Below are positions 30,952-41,383 of a stretch of DNA of 43,546 nt, in pieces (within the stretch, counting starts at the first letter, position 1; each line of letters starts with the position of its first letter). The DNA is from Gemmatimonadota bacterium. Lineage in GTDB: Bacteria; Gemmatimonadota; Gemmatimonadetes; Gemmatimonadales; GWC2-71-9. Below the pieces are notes generated by a model, which was not told the DNA's origin, searched no databases, and saw nothing but the letters and a program-made list of their open reading frames with translations. Made by a program: the position numbers and the translations under genes. The stretch spans positions 1 through 43,546 of the forward strand of contig JBLNGI010000320.1 in the NCBI GenBank assembly GCA_050264615.1, read 5' to 3'.

Positions 30952-32076
30952 ATGAGCGCCCTCCCTGCCGCCATCACCGAACGAGACGCGCGGGACGCCG
31001 TGGCGCGTCTGGCCGCACTCCAGCCCGGCACCCATTGGGTGGTCAGCTGTTATTTGAAGCTCGAGCCCCGGGACCGGACGCGCGGCAAGTATCTGATCAA
31101 GATGAAGAACCGTGTCCGGGAGCGCGAAGGCGCGCTGGCGCGGCAGCCGCTCTCGCACCAGGACCGGGAGTCGATCGCGCACTCGCTGCGCCAGGTGCTC
31201 GACTATCTGGAAGAGCCCAATCACCTGCCGCGCTCGCGGGCGATTGCGATCTTCGCGTCGCGTGAGCTGGGCCTGTTCGAGGTGTTGCCGCTCCCGCACG
31301 TGCATCGGTCCCGCCTGGCGGTCGCGCGCGAGCCGCTGATCCGCGAGGCGCTGGTCCTCGAAGAGGAATTCGGCACGATCCTGGCCGTCGTATACGATCG
31401 CACCGCGGCGCGGTTCTTCGAGATCACGGCGTACGACACCATCGAGCTTCCCGGGCTTGCCGCCACGGACGCGTCGCGCGCCGGCAAGTTTCACGGCGCG
31501 TCCCAGCGCCAGGTCATGGCGCGCGCCGGGACGCCAGCAGGCAGCGCCGGCGAGCACAACTATCACCAGCGCATCCGGACGGAGAAGCAGCGTCTCTATG
31601 CCCAGATCGCCGACCGCATCTTCCAGGTGCACCAGGGGAAGCCGCTCGCGGGGCTGGTGCTGGGGAGCGTGGGCGTGGACGCCGGCGCGGTGATTCCGCA
31701 CCTGCACACCTATGTCCACGATCTCGTGCTCGGCGTCGCGAAGCTCAATCCGAAAAAGTCCTCGCCGGCGGAGGTGCGGGAGGCAGCCCTGGCCTTGCGC
31801 GAAGAGCGCGAGCGGGCGTGGGAGCGCGCGCACGCCGATGCCGTGAAGGACGGTGCGCCGCGCGGCTGGGCGGTGAACGGTCCGGAGCCCACACTCAAGG
31901 CGCTCGGGCGCGGCCAGGTGCGGACGCTGCTGGCGGATGGCCATGATGACGACCCCCGCATCGATGAGGCGATAGAAGAAGCGTTCGGGCAACGCGCCCA
32001 GATCGATGTCGTCTACGACGACAAGGCACGCCGTGTCGTGGATGGCCTCGCGGCGCTGCTGCGCTTCCGCTCTTGA
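30952..32076 (+). CDS. eRF1/Pelota/Vms1-like protein (bacterial-archaeal eRF1 homolog, baeRF-type), function unknown
   Basis: 374-aa ORF with a three-part layout like actinobacterial baeRF proteins. These parts are WVVSCYLKL near the N-terminus, a central loop [10 protein letters not shown] (GxxQ-like), and a C-terminus IDVVYDD...[11 protein letters not shown] resembling eRF1 domain 3. Its start is 3 nt after the mutase-large stop, and its stop overlaps the ATG of the B12 subunit. Confidence 0.55.
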   Translation: MSALPAAITERDARDAVARLAALQPGTHWVVSCYLKLEPRDRTRGKYLIKMKNRVREREGALARQPLSHQDRESIAHSLRQVLDYLEEPNHLPRSRAIAIFASRELGLFEVLPLPHVHRSRLAVAREPLIREALVLEEEFGTILAVVYDRTAARFFEITAYDTIELPGLAATDASRAGKFHGASQRQVMARAGTPAGSAGEHNYHQRIRTEKQRLYAQIADRIFQVHQGKPLAGLVLGSVGVDAGAVIPHLHTYVHDLVLGVAKLNPKKSSPAEVREAALALREERERAWERAHADAVKDGAPRGWAVNGPEPTLKALGRGQVRTLLADGHDDDPRIDEAIEEAFGQRAQIDVVYDDKARRVVDGLAALLRFRS

Positions 32077-32495
32077 TGGCCAAGAAATCGAAGCGTCCCA
32101 TCCGGATTCTGGTCGCCAAGCCCGGTCTGGACGGACACGACCGCGGCGCCAAGGTGGTGGCGGCGGCGTTGCGCGACGCCGGGATGGAAGTGATCTACAC
32201 GGGCCTGCATCAAACGCCGGAGATGATCGCCCAGGCTGCGATCCAGGAAGACGTCGACGTCGTCGGGCTGTCCATCCTGTCGGGCGCGCACATGACGCTG
32301 TTCCCGCGGGTGCGAAAGCTGCTCGATGCGGCCGGCCGAGAAGACGTGCTCCTGACGGGCGGCGGCATCATTCCTCCCGAAGACATGAACGCGCTCGAAT
32401 CACAGGGCACTGGCAGGCTGTTTGGGCCAGGCACCCCGACGTCGGATCTCATCAAGTACATCCAGGAGTGGGCGGCGGAGCACGTCGCCGCGTGA
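32073..32495 (+). CDS. B12-dependent acyl-CoA mutase, small cobalamin-binding subunit
   Basis: 140-aa [15 protein letters not shown] (DxHxxG) and GLSILSGAH motifs. Confidence 0.9.
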   Translation: MMAKKSKRPIRILVAKPGLDGHDRGAKVVAAALRDAGMEVIYTGLHQTPEMIAQAAIQEDVDVVGLSILSGAHMTLFPRVRKLLDAAGREDVLLTGGGIIPPEDMNALESQGTGRLFGPGTPTSDLIKYIQEWAAEHVAA

Positions 32496-34069
32496 GTCGT
32501 CTCAAGACCCTCAGCGACGAGTACACGCAGCTGCGCGCCCGCCTCGAACAGGGTGGGGGCGCGGAGCGGATCAAACGCCAGCACGACCAGGGCAAGCTCA
32601 CGGCGCGCGAGCGCGTCGCCGCGCTGCTCGACAAAGATGCGCCCTGGGTCGAGATCGGGCTGCTCGTGGCCTACGACCAGTACGACGGGCAGGCGCCTGC
32701 CGCCGGGGTCGTGACAGGACTCGGCCGGATCGGGTCGCGACCGGTCGTCGTCGTGGCGAACGACGCGACCGTGAAAGCCGGATCGTGGTGGCCGGAGACG
32801 ATTCGCAAAATTCTGCGCGCGCAGGAGATCGCGATGCGCCAGCGCATCCCGATCATCTACCTGGTCGACTCCGCCGGTGTGAACCTGCCGTACCAGGGCG
32901 GGGTGTTCCCGGGCCAATACGGCGCGGCGCGAATCTTCTACTACAATTCGATCATGCGGCGCTATCTGAAGGTGCCGCAGGTTGCCGCGGTGATGGGACC
33001 GTGTATCGCCGGCGGCGCATACCTGCCGGCGCTGTCCGACGTGATTTTCATGGTCGACGGGACGTCGTTCATGGGGTTGGGCGGTCCCAACCTCGTCAAA
33101 GGCGCGACGGGCCAGGTTGTCGACGCCGAATCGCTGGGTGGTGCCGCGACGCACACGCGGGTCAGTGCGGTCGCGCATTATCGCGCGAAGGACGACCAGG
33201 AGTGTCTCGCGCGGATCCGCGAGTACGTGGGGCGACTGCCGCACACTCCACCGGCGCGGAGAACGTCCCCCGCACCGAAACGGGACCTGAAAGCGCTGTA
33301 TGACGTGATTCCCGTCGATCATCGGATGAGCTACGATGTGCGGGCGATGTTCGAGTGCCTGTTCGACACCGGCCGCTTCGATGAATTCCAGCCGGATGTC
33401 GCTCCCGAAATGATCTGCGGTCACGCCAGCATCGAAGGCCGGCACGTGGCGGTGATCGCGAACTCGCGCGGCGTGATCAAGGGCAAGAAGGCCGGAGGGG
33501 GGGCGCCCAGAATCGGCGGTATCATCTACACGGAGAGCGCCGAGAAGGTCGCATACTTCATCGACAACGCCGATCGGGAGCGGCTGCCCCTCTTGTTCAT
33601 TCAGGATGTGTCGGGCTTCATGGTGGGAACGGAGGCTGAGCACACGGGCATCATTCGCGCGGGCGCCAGGTTCGTGGAAGCCATGGCGACCGCGACCGTC
33701 CCCAAGCTCGTGCTCACCGTCAATCACGCCTCCGGGGCCGGTTACTACGCGATGGCGGGGCAGGGATTCGACCCGGATTTCATCGTCTCCTGGCCCACCG
33801 GACGGATGGGCGTGATGGAAGGGGAGTCCGCCGTGCAGGCGGTGTACGGCGCCGACGCGGCGAAGCCCGACAACGCAGCGGCCGTGGACGCGATGCGCGC
33901 CGACTACGAGCATCAGCTCGACGCCAAGTTCGCCGGTGCCCGTGGCTTTGTGGATGCGATTCTGACGCCCGAAGAGACGCGCGACACGCTCGCGTTCCTG
34001 CTGGAGGTGTCCACTGAATTCACCGGTCCGCACCTGGGGACCTTTTCTCTGCCGAGTCCGTCATGCTGA
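32492..34069 (+). CDS. acyl-CoA carboxylase carboxyltransferase (beta) subunit, methylcrotonyl/geranyl-CoA carboxylase-like
   Basis: GTG at 32492 (GTGA overlap). [37 protein letters not shown] and [14 protein letters not shown] motifs. Confidence 0.85.
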   Translation: MSRLKTLSDEYTQLRARLEQGGGAERIKRQHDQGKLTARERVAALLDKDAPWVEIGLLVAYDQYDGQAPAAGVVTGLGRIGSRPVVVVANDATVKAGSWWPETIRKILRAQEIAMRQRIPIIYLVDSAGVNLPYQGGVFPGQYGAARIFYYNSIMRRYLKVPQVAAVMGPCIAGGAYLPALSDVIFMVDGTSFMGLGGPNLVKGATGQVVDAESLGGAATHTRVSAVAHYRAKDDQECLARIREYVGRLPHTPPARRTSPAPKRDLKALYDVIPVDHRMSYDVRAMFECLFDTGRFDEFQPDVAPEMICGHASIEGRHVAVIANSRGVIKGKKAGGGAPRIGGIIYTESAEKVAYFIDNADRERLPLLFIQDVSGFMVGTEAEHTGIIRAGARFVEAMATATVPKLVLTVNHASGAGYYAMAGQGFDPDFIVSWPTGRMGVMEGESAVQAVYGADAAKPDNAAAVDAMRADYEHQLDAKFAGARGFVDAILTPEETRDTLAFLLEVSTEFTGPHLGTFSLPSPSC

Positions 34070-36894
34070 AGCTTGCTCCAGTCGCACTGCTCACGCTCTT
34101 CGCTGCCTGCGCTTCGTCAAAAGGAGCGACGAAGCCGTCCCAACCCCAGCCGGCGGTGACCGCCACGCGAGTGCCGGCGGACGCCAGTCGCGCACCGGAG
34201 CCCGGCCCTCCCCCCGGCGCCCCTCAACCGCTCGTCGATCCCGCGATCGCGCACATGCTCGGCCTCATGCCGCTCAAGAGCGCCGGCGTCGACCTGTTTC
34301 GCGCGGCGCATCCGACCTATGACGGTCGGGGGATTCTCATTGCGATCCTGGATAGCGGCATCGATCCAGGCGTCCCCGGGCTGACCGTCACCAGCACCGG
34401 CGCGCCCAAAGTCATCGAGCTGCGCGACTTCTCCGGTGAGGGACGCATCCCACTCACCGCCTTCACGGCCCCCACCGACGCGGAGCTGAAGGGGGCAGCG
34501 CGCATCGGACGGCTCACCACCGCGACTACCTGGTATCGCGGCGTATTCCGCGAGCTGCCGCTCGGGCGCCCGCCCGCCTCCGACGTCAACGGCAACGGGC
34601 GCAATACGGATGAATTCCCGGTGATCGTGGTGAAGGCGTCCGACGGCTGGGTTGCCTTCCTCGACACGAATCTCGATGGCTCGTTCGAGGATGAAATGCC
34701 GCTGCACGACTACCGCCAGGGACGCGAGATGATTTCGCTGGGCCGCCGGCCCATCACGATCGTCGCGAACTTCAGCGAAGTCGCCTCGGAAGGGACGCCG
34801 GTGCTCGATCTGTTCTTCGATAACTCGGGCCACGGCACACATGTCGCGGGGATCGCGGCCGGATACAACCTCTATGACGTCGCAGGGTTCAGCGGCGTCG
34901 CCCCGGGCGCGCAGGTCATCGGGCTCAAGATCGCAAACAACGCGCGGGGTGGCGTGACCGTGCACGCCAGCATGATGCGCGCGATCGACTACGCCTCCCG
35001 CTACGCGGCGCAGCGCAATTTACCGCTCGTGTTGAACATGAGCTTCGGTGTCGGGAACGAGCACGAGGGCCGCGCGGTCATCGACTCGATCGTGGACGCC
35101 TTTCTGCTGAGCCATCCGGACGCCGTGTTCGCGATTGCGGCGGGGAACGACGGGCCTGGTCTCTCGACGCTGGGCTTTCCGGGATCGGCCGACCTGGCGC
35201 TCTCGGTCGGCGCGACCTTCCCGGGGGTCTTTGCCCGTCCGCCGCAGCCGGGCGTTCCACCCGCGCGTGACATTCTCGGCTGGTTCAGCTCGCGCGGTGG
35301 TGAGCTCGCCAAGCCCGACATCGTAGCACCCGGCATCGCGTTCTCGACGGTGCCGCGCTGGGACACCGGCAATGAGGTGAAGGTGGGGACGAGCATGGCC
35401 ACGCCCTATGCCTCCGGGCTCGCAGCGTCCCTGGCGTCGGCGCTGGTCCAGGAAGGACGCCGTGCGAGCGCCGTCGAGATCGTCCAGGCGCTGCGCGTCG
35501 CTGCGCGCCCGTTCGGCGGTGCACGGGCCATCGATGAGGGCGCCGGCATGCCGGTGCTCGAGACGGCGTACGCCTGGCTCGTCGGTGGACATCAGGGATC
35601 GATTTATGAAGTACGCGCCGCCACCGGTGTTTCAGCGGCATTTCGGCGCAATGGCTTCGCGGGAGCGCAGGACAGCGTCGAAACGTTCACCGTGCGCCAC
35701 CTCGCCGGCCTGCGCGCGGCCCAGTTCGCCTTGCGCGCCGATGTCCCGTGGCTCGCGGTCGATGACTCGATCGAGGCCGCGCCCCGCGTGACCCAGATTC
35801 CGGTGACGTATCATCGGAACGCGCTCGTGAATCCCGGGGTCTACGTCGGCACCGTCACGGCGCTCAACCCCCGCGATCCGGTCGCGGGCCCGCTGTTCAC
35901 GCTGGTGAACACGGTCATCATCCCGACCGATCTAGCGACCAAGACCCTGTTCGACGAGCGACGCATGATTGCGCCGTCCGCCGTGCAGCGCTATTTCGTG
36001 CGTGTGCCGCAGCTCGATGCGACGCTCCGCGTGACCGTGACAGTACCGGATTCGCAGGCGCAGCAGGCGACGGTCCGGCTGTACGAGCCCAACGGCGCGC
36101 CCGCGCGCTCGGCACCCGAGGACATCCTGATCGGACAGGAAGAAGCCGGCAGCGCTGGTGTAACCGTGCGTGCCGAAGATCTCGTCGCCGGCGTCTACGA
36201 GCTGGATGTCATCGCGCCGCCGCTCTCGGCGGCCACCGTGACGGTGAGCGCTGATCTCGGGCCGGTATCGCTCGCCGCGGTGGGAGATGGTGGCAGTCTC
36301 GAGGCGAGCGCGCTCGGCACTAGCGTCACCGGAGACGTGCGGTACCGTCTGGTAGGCGCCGAACGGACGTTTGCCATCTCGGGGCGCGGCCTGCCCGCCG
36401 AGTCGATCCAGGTGCGCGTCCCGCGCTGGGCCCGGCGGATGGAGGTCGACGTGCAGCTGCCGCCCGAGCTTTGGGATGAGATGACGGACTTCTCGGTGAC
36501 GGCGTACGACTCGACCGGTCAGCAGCTTCGGGGCGGCAATCAGCCGGTGAACTACGCGTTCGGCCGGATGGGCGTGCAGCTCACCGATTCGATGGCCGGG
36601 ATCCCGCTCACGATCGAGCTGTACCCCGCCTTCGCGCGGCTCCCCGGACACGCGTGGCGCGGCACGACGCGCGTCCGGTTTCTGGGACCGGATGAGCCCG
36701 CGGGGGAGGGCGGCCAACTGTCGGTCATCGCGGGCGGACGGACGGTCGTGCGCCTCCCGACGCCGCCCTCGCTCCAACTTCCAGACGGCTTCAGCTCGCT
36801 GATCGAGACGCGCGTCACCGCGTCGACAGGCGCCATGGCGGTGCGCCGGACGCCCGTCCCGGCGGGCGCACGTGGCGCGAGCGGCCTCCGGTGA
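34063..36894 (+). CDS. S8 subtilisin-family serine protease, tripeptidyl-peptidase II-like, lipoprotein
   Basis: 943-aa ORF. Lipobox LFAAC. Catalytic triad AILDSGID / HGTHVAG / [41 protein letters not shown] resembles the TPPII N-terminus. Long C-terminal region. Confidence 0.8.
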   Translation: MLKLAPVALLTLFAACASSKGATKPSQPQPAVTATRVPADASRAPEPGPPPGAPQPLVDPAIAHMLGLMPLKSAGVDLFRAAHPTYDGRGILIAILDSGIDPGVPGLTVTSTGAPKVIELRDFSGEGRIPLTAFTAPTDAELKGAARIGRLTTATTWYRGVFRELPLGRPPASDVNGNGRNTDEFPVIVVKASDGWVAFLDTNLDGSFEDEMPLHDYRQGREMISLGRRPITIVANFSEVASEGTPVLDLFFDNSGHGTHVAGIAAGYNLYDVAGFSGVAPGAQVIGLKIANNARGGVTVHASMMRAIDYASRYAAQRNLPLVLNMSFGVGNEHEGRAVIDSIVDAFLLSHPDAVFAIAAGNDGPGLSTLGFPGSADLALSVGATFPGVFARPPQPGVPPARDILGWFSSRGGELAKPDIVAPGIAFSTVPRWDTGNEVKVGTSMATPYASGLAASLASALVQEGRRASAVEIVQALRVAARPFGGARAIDEGAGMPVLETAYAWLVGGHQGSIYEVRAATGVSAAFRRNGFAGAQDSVETFTVRHLAGLRAAQFALRADVPWLAVDDSIEAAPRVTQIPVTYHRNALVNPGVYVGTVTALNPRDPVAGPLFTLVNTVIIPTDLATKTLFDERRMIAPSAVQRYFVRVPQLDATLRVTVTVPDSQAQQATVRLYEPNGAPARSAPEDILIGQEEAGSAGVTVRAEDLVAGVYELDVIAPPLSAATVTVSADLGPVSLAAVGDGGSLEASALGTSVTGDVRYRLVGAERTFAISGRGLPAESIQVRVPRWARRMEVDVQLPPELWDEMTDFSVTAYDSTGQQLRGGNQPVNYAFGRMGVQLTDSMAGIPLTIELYPAFARLPGHAWRGTTRVRFLGPDEPAGEGGQLSVIAGGRTVVRLPTPPSLQLPDGFSSLIETRVTASTGAMAVRRTPVPAGARGASGLR

Positions 36895-38273
36895 CTCCGG
36901 CATCGGTCCGGGTCGCGGGAGGTCAAGGATTCTGGGGAGACTGGCTCGAAGCGCCCTACCGCCAGGTGACCGGTGGTCCCATCGACTACTTGATGATGGA
37001 CTACCTCGCCGAAGTCACGATGTCCATCCTGCAGAAACAGAAAACGCGCGATTCCTCACGCGGCTACGCCACCGATTTCATCACGCAGATGGAACGCATC
37101 CTTCCGCTCATCGTGGAGCGGGGGATCAAGGTCACGGCCAATGCCGGGGGGGTGAATCCGCGTGGCTGCGCGAGGGCCCTCGCCGACGCGGCGCGCAAGC
37201 AGGGGCTGGGAGGGAAACTCAGACTCGGCATCGTCACGGGGGATGATCTGCTCGCCGAGGCCCGGCTCGACGGCCTCGTGGCACGCGGGCACCAGCTCCA
37301 GAACCTCGACACGGGACGGCCGCTGCGCGACGTGCGCGACCACGTTCGGTCGGCGAATGCGTACCTGGGCGCAGCACCGGTCGTGGAAGCGCTGAAGCGC
37401 GGCGCCCAGATCGTCATCACCGGCCGTGTGACGGATACCGGACTAACGTTGGGTCCATTGATGCACGCGTTCGGCTGGCCGGCAAACGCCTGGGACAAGA
37501 TCGCCGCCGGGACGGTCGCGGGACACATCATCGAATGCGGCGCGCAAGCCAGCGGCGGGAATTGCCTCAGCGACTGGAAGCGTGTCCCTGACTTGGCGCA
37601 CGTCGGATATCCGATCGTCGAAGCCAGACCCGACGGGACGTTCGACATCGTGAAGCATCCCAACACGGGCGGGAGAATCGATGTTGCCGGAGTGACGGAG
37701 CAGCTCGTCTACGAGATGGGCGATCCGCGCTCCTACATCACGCCCGACGGCGTGGCCGACTTTACCACGATCCAATTGACTCAGGTTGGCAAGGACAGGG
37801 TTCGGGTGTCGGGTGTCAGGGGAAAACCCGCGACGGATAAGCTCAAGGTCTCGATTGCGTATTTCCACGGCTACAAGGCGGTCGGCACGCTGGTGTATGC
37901 CTGGCCGGACGCGCTCGAGAAGGCGAAGGCGGCAGATCGCATTCTGCGCCAGCGCCTGCAGGACCTGAAGCTCGAATTCGAGGCGGTCCACACCGAGTTC
38001 GTCGGCGCCAACGCGACCCACGGCGCGTTGGCGCTCAAGCAGTTCGACGCCCGCGACCTGCCCGAAGTGCAGCTGCGGATTGGCGTGCGCTCGCCGCACG
38101 CGGAGCGGGTCGACCGCTTTACCCGGGAGCTCGCGCCGCTGATTCTCAACGGGCCGCCGAGCGTCACGGGATTTGCTGGCGGGCGCCCCAAGCCGGAGGA
38201 GATCGTCGCCTATTGGCCCGCGTTGATCGACAAGGAGATGGTGAAGCCCGTGGTGGAAATCATGGACGTATGA
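36891..38273 (+). CDS. AtuA-like (DUF1446) acyclic terpene utilisation family protein
   Basis: 460-aa ORF with a GTG start overlapping the protease stop. GGQGFWGD and [12 protein letters not shown]-terminal motifs of DUF1446. Confidence 0.75.
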   Translation: MTPASVRVAGGQGFWGDWLEAPYRQVTGGPIDYLMMDYLAEVTMSILQKQKTRDSSRGYATDFITQMERILPLIVERGIKVTANAGGVNPRGCARALADAARKQGLGGKLRLGIVTGDDLLAEARLDGLVARGHQLQNLDTGRPLRDVRDHVRSANAYLGAAPVVEALKRGAQIVITGRVTDTGLTLGPLMHAFGWPANAWDKIAAGTVAGHIIECGAQASGGNCLSDWKRVPDLAHVGYPIVEARPDGTFDIVKHPNTGGRIDVAGVTEQLVYEMGDPRSYITPDGVADFTTIQLTQVGKDRVRVSGVRGKPATDKLKVSIAYFHGYKAVGTLVYAWPDALEKAKAADRILRQRLQDLKLEFEAVHTEFVGANATHGALALKQFDARDLPEVQLRIGVRSPHAERVDRFTRELAPLILNGPPSVTGFAGGRPKPEEIVAYWPALIDKEMVKPVVEIMDV

Positions 38274-38632
38274 AACGACGGTCGGACGGTCGGACGGCCA
38301 GACGGTCAAAAGCACGCACGGTCCAACTCCTGGAGTTGGCCCATGCCCGGTCGGGTGACAAGGGCGATACCGCCAACATCGGGCTCATCGCCAAGCACCC
38401 GAAGTACTATCCGCTGCTCGTGAAGCAGGTAACGGCGGCCCGGGTGGCGCGCCATTTTAAGGGCATGATCAAGGGACCGGTGGAGCGGTTCGAGCTGCCC
38501 AACCTCCAGGCGCTCAACTTCCTGCTGCACGGTGCGCTCGATGGCGGGGGCACGATTTCGCTCAAGACCGACGCGCAGGGCAAGGTGTTCTCCACCGCGT
38601 TGCTGCGCATGGAAGTCGAGGTCCCGCGGTGA
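38270..38632 (+). CDS. AtuA-associated small ferredoxin-fold protein
   Basis: [18 protein letters not shown] motif typical of the small partner of DUF1446 proteins. ATG 38270 (ATGA overlap) gives a repeat-encoded basic N-extension. The alternative start is TTG 38336. Confidence 0.65.
   Translation: MKRRSDGRTARRSKARTVQLLELAHARSGDKGDTANIGLIAKHPKYYPLLVKQVTAARVARHFKGMIKGPVERFELPNLQALNFLLHGALDGGGTISLKTDAQGKVFSTALLRMEVEVPR
38277..38339. repeat. 4 x 8-nt tandem repeat (GACGGTCG family) followed by a 17-bp palindrome CCAACTCC-T-GGAGTTGG
   Basis: gacggtcg gacggtcg gacggcca gacggtca (38277-38308), with the palindrome at 38323-38339. The unit differs by 1 nt from the GACGGTTG of the meaB element. Confidence 0.85.
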
Positions 38633-39387
38633 GCGACCGGGTCCTCGTACAGGTCGCCGGCGGAGTGCTCACGGCCACGCTCAACCGGCCCGACAAACGC
38701 AACGCGATCGACGCGCCGATGATCGACGCCCTGCTCGCCGCGCTCGAGCGCGCCGACCTGGATGCGGCGGTCCGCGTGGTCGCGGTGCGAGGCGGAGGAC
38801 GCGATTTCTGCGCGGGGATGGACCTGAACGAGCTGCTGGCCTCCGCCGATCATTCCCTCGATCAGAACCGGCAAGCGGCGCTCCACTTTGCCGAAATCTT
38901 CGTCCGGATGCGGCGCCTGCCGAAGCCCGTGGTGGCGCTGGTGCAGGGACGCGCCCTCGCCGGCGGATGCGGGCTCGCGACGGCCGCCGATCTCATTCTC
39001 GCGGCGGAGTCGTCTCAGTTCGGCTACCCCGAGGTGCAACGGGGCTTCGTGCCGGCGATTGTGATGACGATGCTGCGCCGCGCGGTCGGTGAAAAGATCG
39101 CCTTCGACCTGGCGGCGACCGGGCGGGTGCTGGGCGGGAACGAAGCGGCCGCCGTCGGGCTGGTCTCGCGGGTGTATGAGGACGCGGACTTCGACGAGCA
39201 GGCGGCCGAGGTCCTGCGCGTGCTGGCGGAATCGAGCGCCTCCGCGCTGGCGTTCACCAAACAGCAATTCTATCAGTTGGATGGGTTGACGTTCGCCGAA
39301 GGCCTGCGGCTTGGCGCCGATGTCAACGCGGTGAGCAGGAGCACGCCCGATTTCCGGGCGGCGCTCAGCACGTTTCTCAAGAAGTGA
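38629..39387 (+). CDS. enoyl-CoA hydratase/isomerase (crotonase) family protein
   Basis: 252-aa ORF with a GTG start. LNRPDKRNA, FCAGMDLNE and GGCGLATAAD motifs. Confidence 0.88.
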   Translation: MSDRVLVQVAGGVLTATLNRPDKRNAIDAPMIDALLAALERADLDAAVRVVAVRGGGRDFCAGMDLNELLASADHSLDQNRQAALHFAEIFVRMRRLPKPVVALVQGRALAGGCGLATAADLILAAESSQFGYPEVQRGFVPAIVMTMLRRAVGEKIAFDLAATGRVLGGNEAAAVGLVSRVYEDADFDEQAAEVLRVLAESSASALAFTKQQFYQLDGLTFAEGLRLGADVNAVSRSTPDFRAALSTFLKK

Positions 39388-39399
39388 GGAGCCCCCCGA

Positions 39400-39834
39400 A
39401 TGCGGAATATGCATGTGCCGATGTACGATCCCGAAATGGTCCGCCCGATGCGGGAGGAATTGACACGCATCGGGTTTGAAGAGCTCCGGACGCCGGCCGA
39501 TGTGGACGCGGCGCTCGCGAACGGACGCGCGCCCACGCTCGTCGTGGTGAACTCGGTGTGCGGGTGTGCGGCGCGAAACGCCCGCCCGGCGGCGGCACTC
39601 GCGGTTCAGCATGAGCGCCGTCCCGCGCGGCTCCTGACCGTGTTCGCGGGACAGGATGCCGATGCCACCGCACGGGCGCGCAGCTATTTCACGGGCTATC
39701 AACCGTCGTCGCCCCAGATCGCGCTGTTCAAGGATGGACGGCTCGTGTTCATGCTGGAGCGTCGCAACATCGAGGGCCGTAATGCCCGCGACATCGCGGC
39801 CGATTTGACGGCAGCGTTCGAACAGTACTGCTGA
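39400..39834 (+). CDS. bacilliredoxin (BrxA/BrxB, YphP/YqiW, DUF1094) family thiol-disulfide protein
   Basis: 144-aa ORF. MYDPEMVRPMREELT and VVVNSVCGCAA (CGC active site) closely resemble Bacillus YphP/YqiW. Confidence 0.8.
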   Translation: MRNMHVPMYDPEMVRPMREELTRIGFEELRTPADVDAALANGRAPTLVVVNSVCGCAARNARPAAALAVQHERRPARLLTVFAGQDADATARARSYFTGYQPSSPQIALFKDGRLVFMLERRNIEGRNARDIAADLTAAFEQYC

Positions 39835-39839
39835 CGGAG

Positions 39840-39867
39840 CCATCAGCCATCAGCCATTCGCCAGCCG
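39840..39867. repeat. short heptamer tandem repeat (CCATCAG x2, then degenerate units)
   Basis: ccatcag ccatcag ccattcg ccagccg, starting 5 nt after the bacilliredoxin stop. Confidence 0.8.
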
Positions 39868-39896
39868 ATCTGCCGGACGCAATCGACGAAGCCTGG

Positions 39897-40640
39897 GTGC
39901 GCATTCGCCTGGCCCCTGGCTTTCTCACCGAACGCGAAGGACGATTTCTCGCACTCCTCGCGGCGTGCACGCCCGCGCAGGGCACGATCCTCGAGATCGG
40001 CAGCTACAAGGGGAAGTCGACCGTGGGCCTCGCGTGCGTCGCCCAGCGCTACGGACTCGGCCCGGTGGTCGCGGTGGATCCGCATTCCGCTCCGGCGGTC
40101 ACGGACCCCGCCCACGGCTCCCAACAATCATCCTGGGACGACTTCCGGGCGTCGCTGCGCCGGGCCGGGGTTGAACGCAGCGTCGAGGCCCATCGCGCCT
40201 ACTCTCGGGATCTCGCTTCGGGGTGGACGCGACCGATCCGGCTGCTGTGGATCGACGGAGACCACACCTACAAAGGAGCGAAAGCGGACCTGGATCTCTT
40301 TCGCCGCCACCTGGTGCCGGGCGCGATCGTCGCGTTTCACGATGTGCTCAGCACGTTCGAAGGCCCCGTGCGCGTGTTCGCCGAGGAGGTGCTGGCCTCG
40401 GATGATTTCGGACCCGCCGGGTTCTGCGGATCAATAGGCTGGGCGCAGTACCGGCCGAGTGAAGGGCGCCAGTGGAAAGCGGCGCGGAACGGACTGCGTC
40501 AGCGCGTGTCGCGACTCATTCCATTTGTCAGAGACGGGCGCCAGCCGAAGGGATTTCGGAAACTGCTGTACAAGCTCTGGAGGAGTCTCGTGCCCCACGC
40601 GGCGCCGGATCCCGCCGCGTGGGTACGAGCGGTCAACTAG
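39897..40640 (+). CDS. class I SAM-dependent methyltransferase (Methyltransf_24-like)
   Basis: 247-aa ORF with a GTG start. ILEIGSYKGKST (motif I-like) and LLWIDGDHTYKGAKADLDLF...IVAFHD. Confidence 0.65.
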   Translation: MRIRLAPGFLTEREGRFLALLAACTPAQGTILEIGSYKGKSTVGLACVAQRYGLGPVVAVDPHSAPAVTDPAHGSQQSSWDDFRASLRRAGVERSVEAHRAYSRDLASGWTRPIRLLWIDGDHTYKGAKADLDLFRRHLVPGAIVAFHDVLSTFEGPVRVFAEEVLASDDFGPAGFCGSIGWAQYRPSEGRQWKAARNGLRQRVSRLIPFVRDGRQPKGFRKLLYKLWRSLVPHAAPDPAAWVRAVN

Positions 40641-41383
40641 AGGATCTTCCCGCGGCGGACTCTGAAGTCGACGATCTGCTGCGTCCAGCTCCAGAGCGAG
40701 TCCTGTTTTTCCAGCGGCACGCCCGCGACCTCGTGGCGATGCCAGCCCGCCATCACCTGCTCGTCCTGCGTCCAGATCTTCACGCGATTGCGCGGCACGA
40801 GCTTCTCCCAATTCTGCGCGACCGTCGGCTGGGCGTAGAGCAGCCGCACCGTGACGTTGCGTGACAGATACTCGATCGGCTTGACGTTGATCTTCGCGTA
40901 CAACGCCGGGGGACTGAGCCGGTTGGCGTTCGGGAAATCGGGTACGCCGTCGGAGAACAGGACGATGTTGAGCGGCGCGAGCACCAGGTTCTGGCGCCTG
41001 ATATGCACGGCCGTCCGCTCGAAGAACGCGTTGAAGTCGGTGACCGGGTCCATGTCCGGGAACCAGGCGCGCAGATCCGCTTCGATCTGCTCCGGCGATT
41101 TGCCCGTGAGATCCTGGATCGGGTGGAACGTCTTCGGCTCGCCCACCCGCTCGCCGCCCAGCGACCCGACAAAGACATCGGTCGCGGGCTTGAGCCCGCC
41201 GATCGCGTTGACATGGCCGTAGATGTACAGCGACGCGTAGCGGAGCGCGTTATCGAACTGCCCGCTCTTGCGGAACGAGCCGGAAATATCGAGCCCCACG
41301 ACGAGCGTAGACTTGGGCGGCGGCGCGCCCTCCTTCGGCGCGCACGCCACCAGGCCGAGAACCAGCAGCGCGGCGCGTTTCAT
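40637..41383 (-). CDS. lipoprotein with VWA-like (MIDAS) domain, function unknown
   Basis: 248-aa ORF. Lipobox LGLVAC. MIDAS-like GLDISGS ... TDFN ... FSDGVPD. ATGA overlap with the upstream membrane-protein gene. Confidence 0.55.
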   Translation of the reverse strand: MKRAALLVLGLVACAPKEGAPPPKSTLVVGLDISGSFRKSGQFDNALRYASLYIYGHVNAIGGLKPATDVFVGSLGGERVGEPKTFHPIQDLTGKSPEQIEADLRAWFPDMDPVTDFNAFFERTAVHIRRQNLVLAPLNIVLFSDGVPDFPNANRLSPPALYAKINVKPIEYLSRNVTVRLLYAQPTVAQNWEKLVPRNRVKIWTQDEQVMAGWHRHEVAGVPLEKQDSLWSWTQQIVDFRVRRGKIL

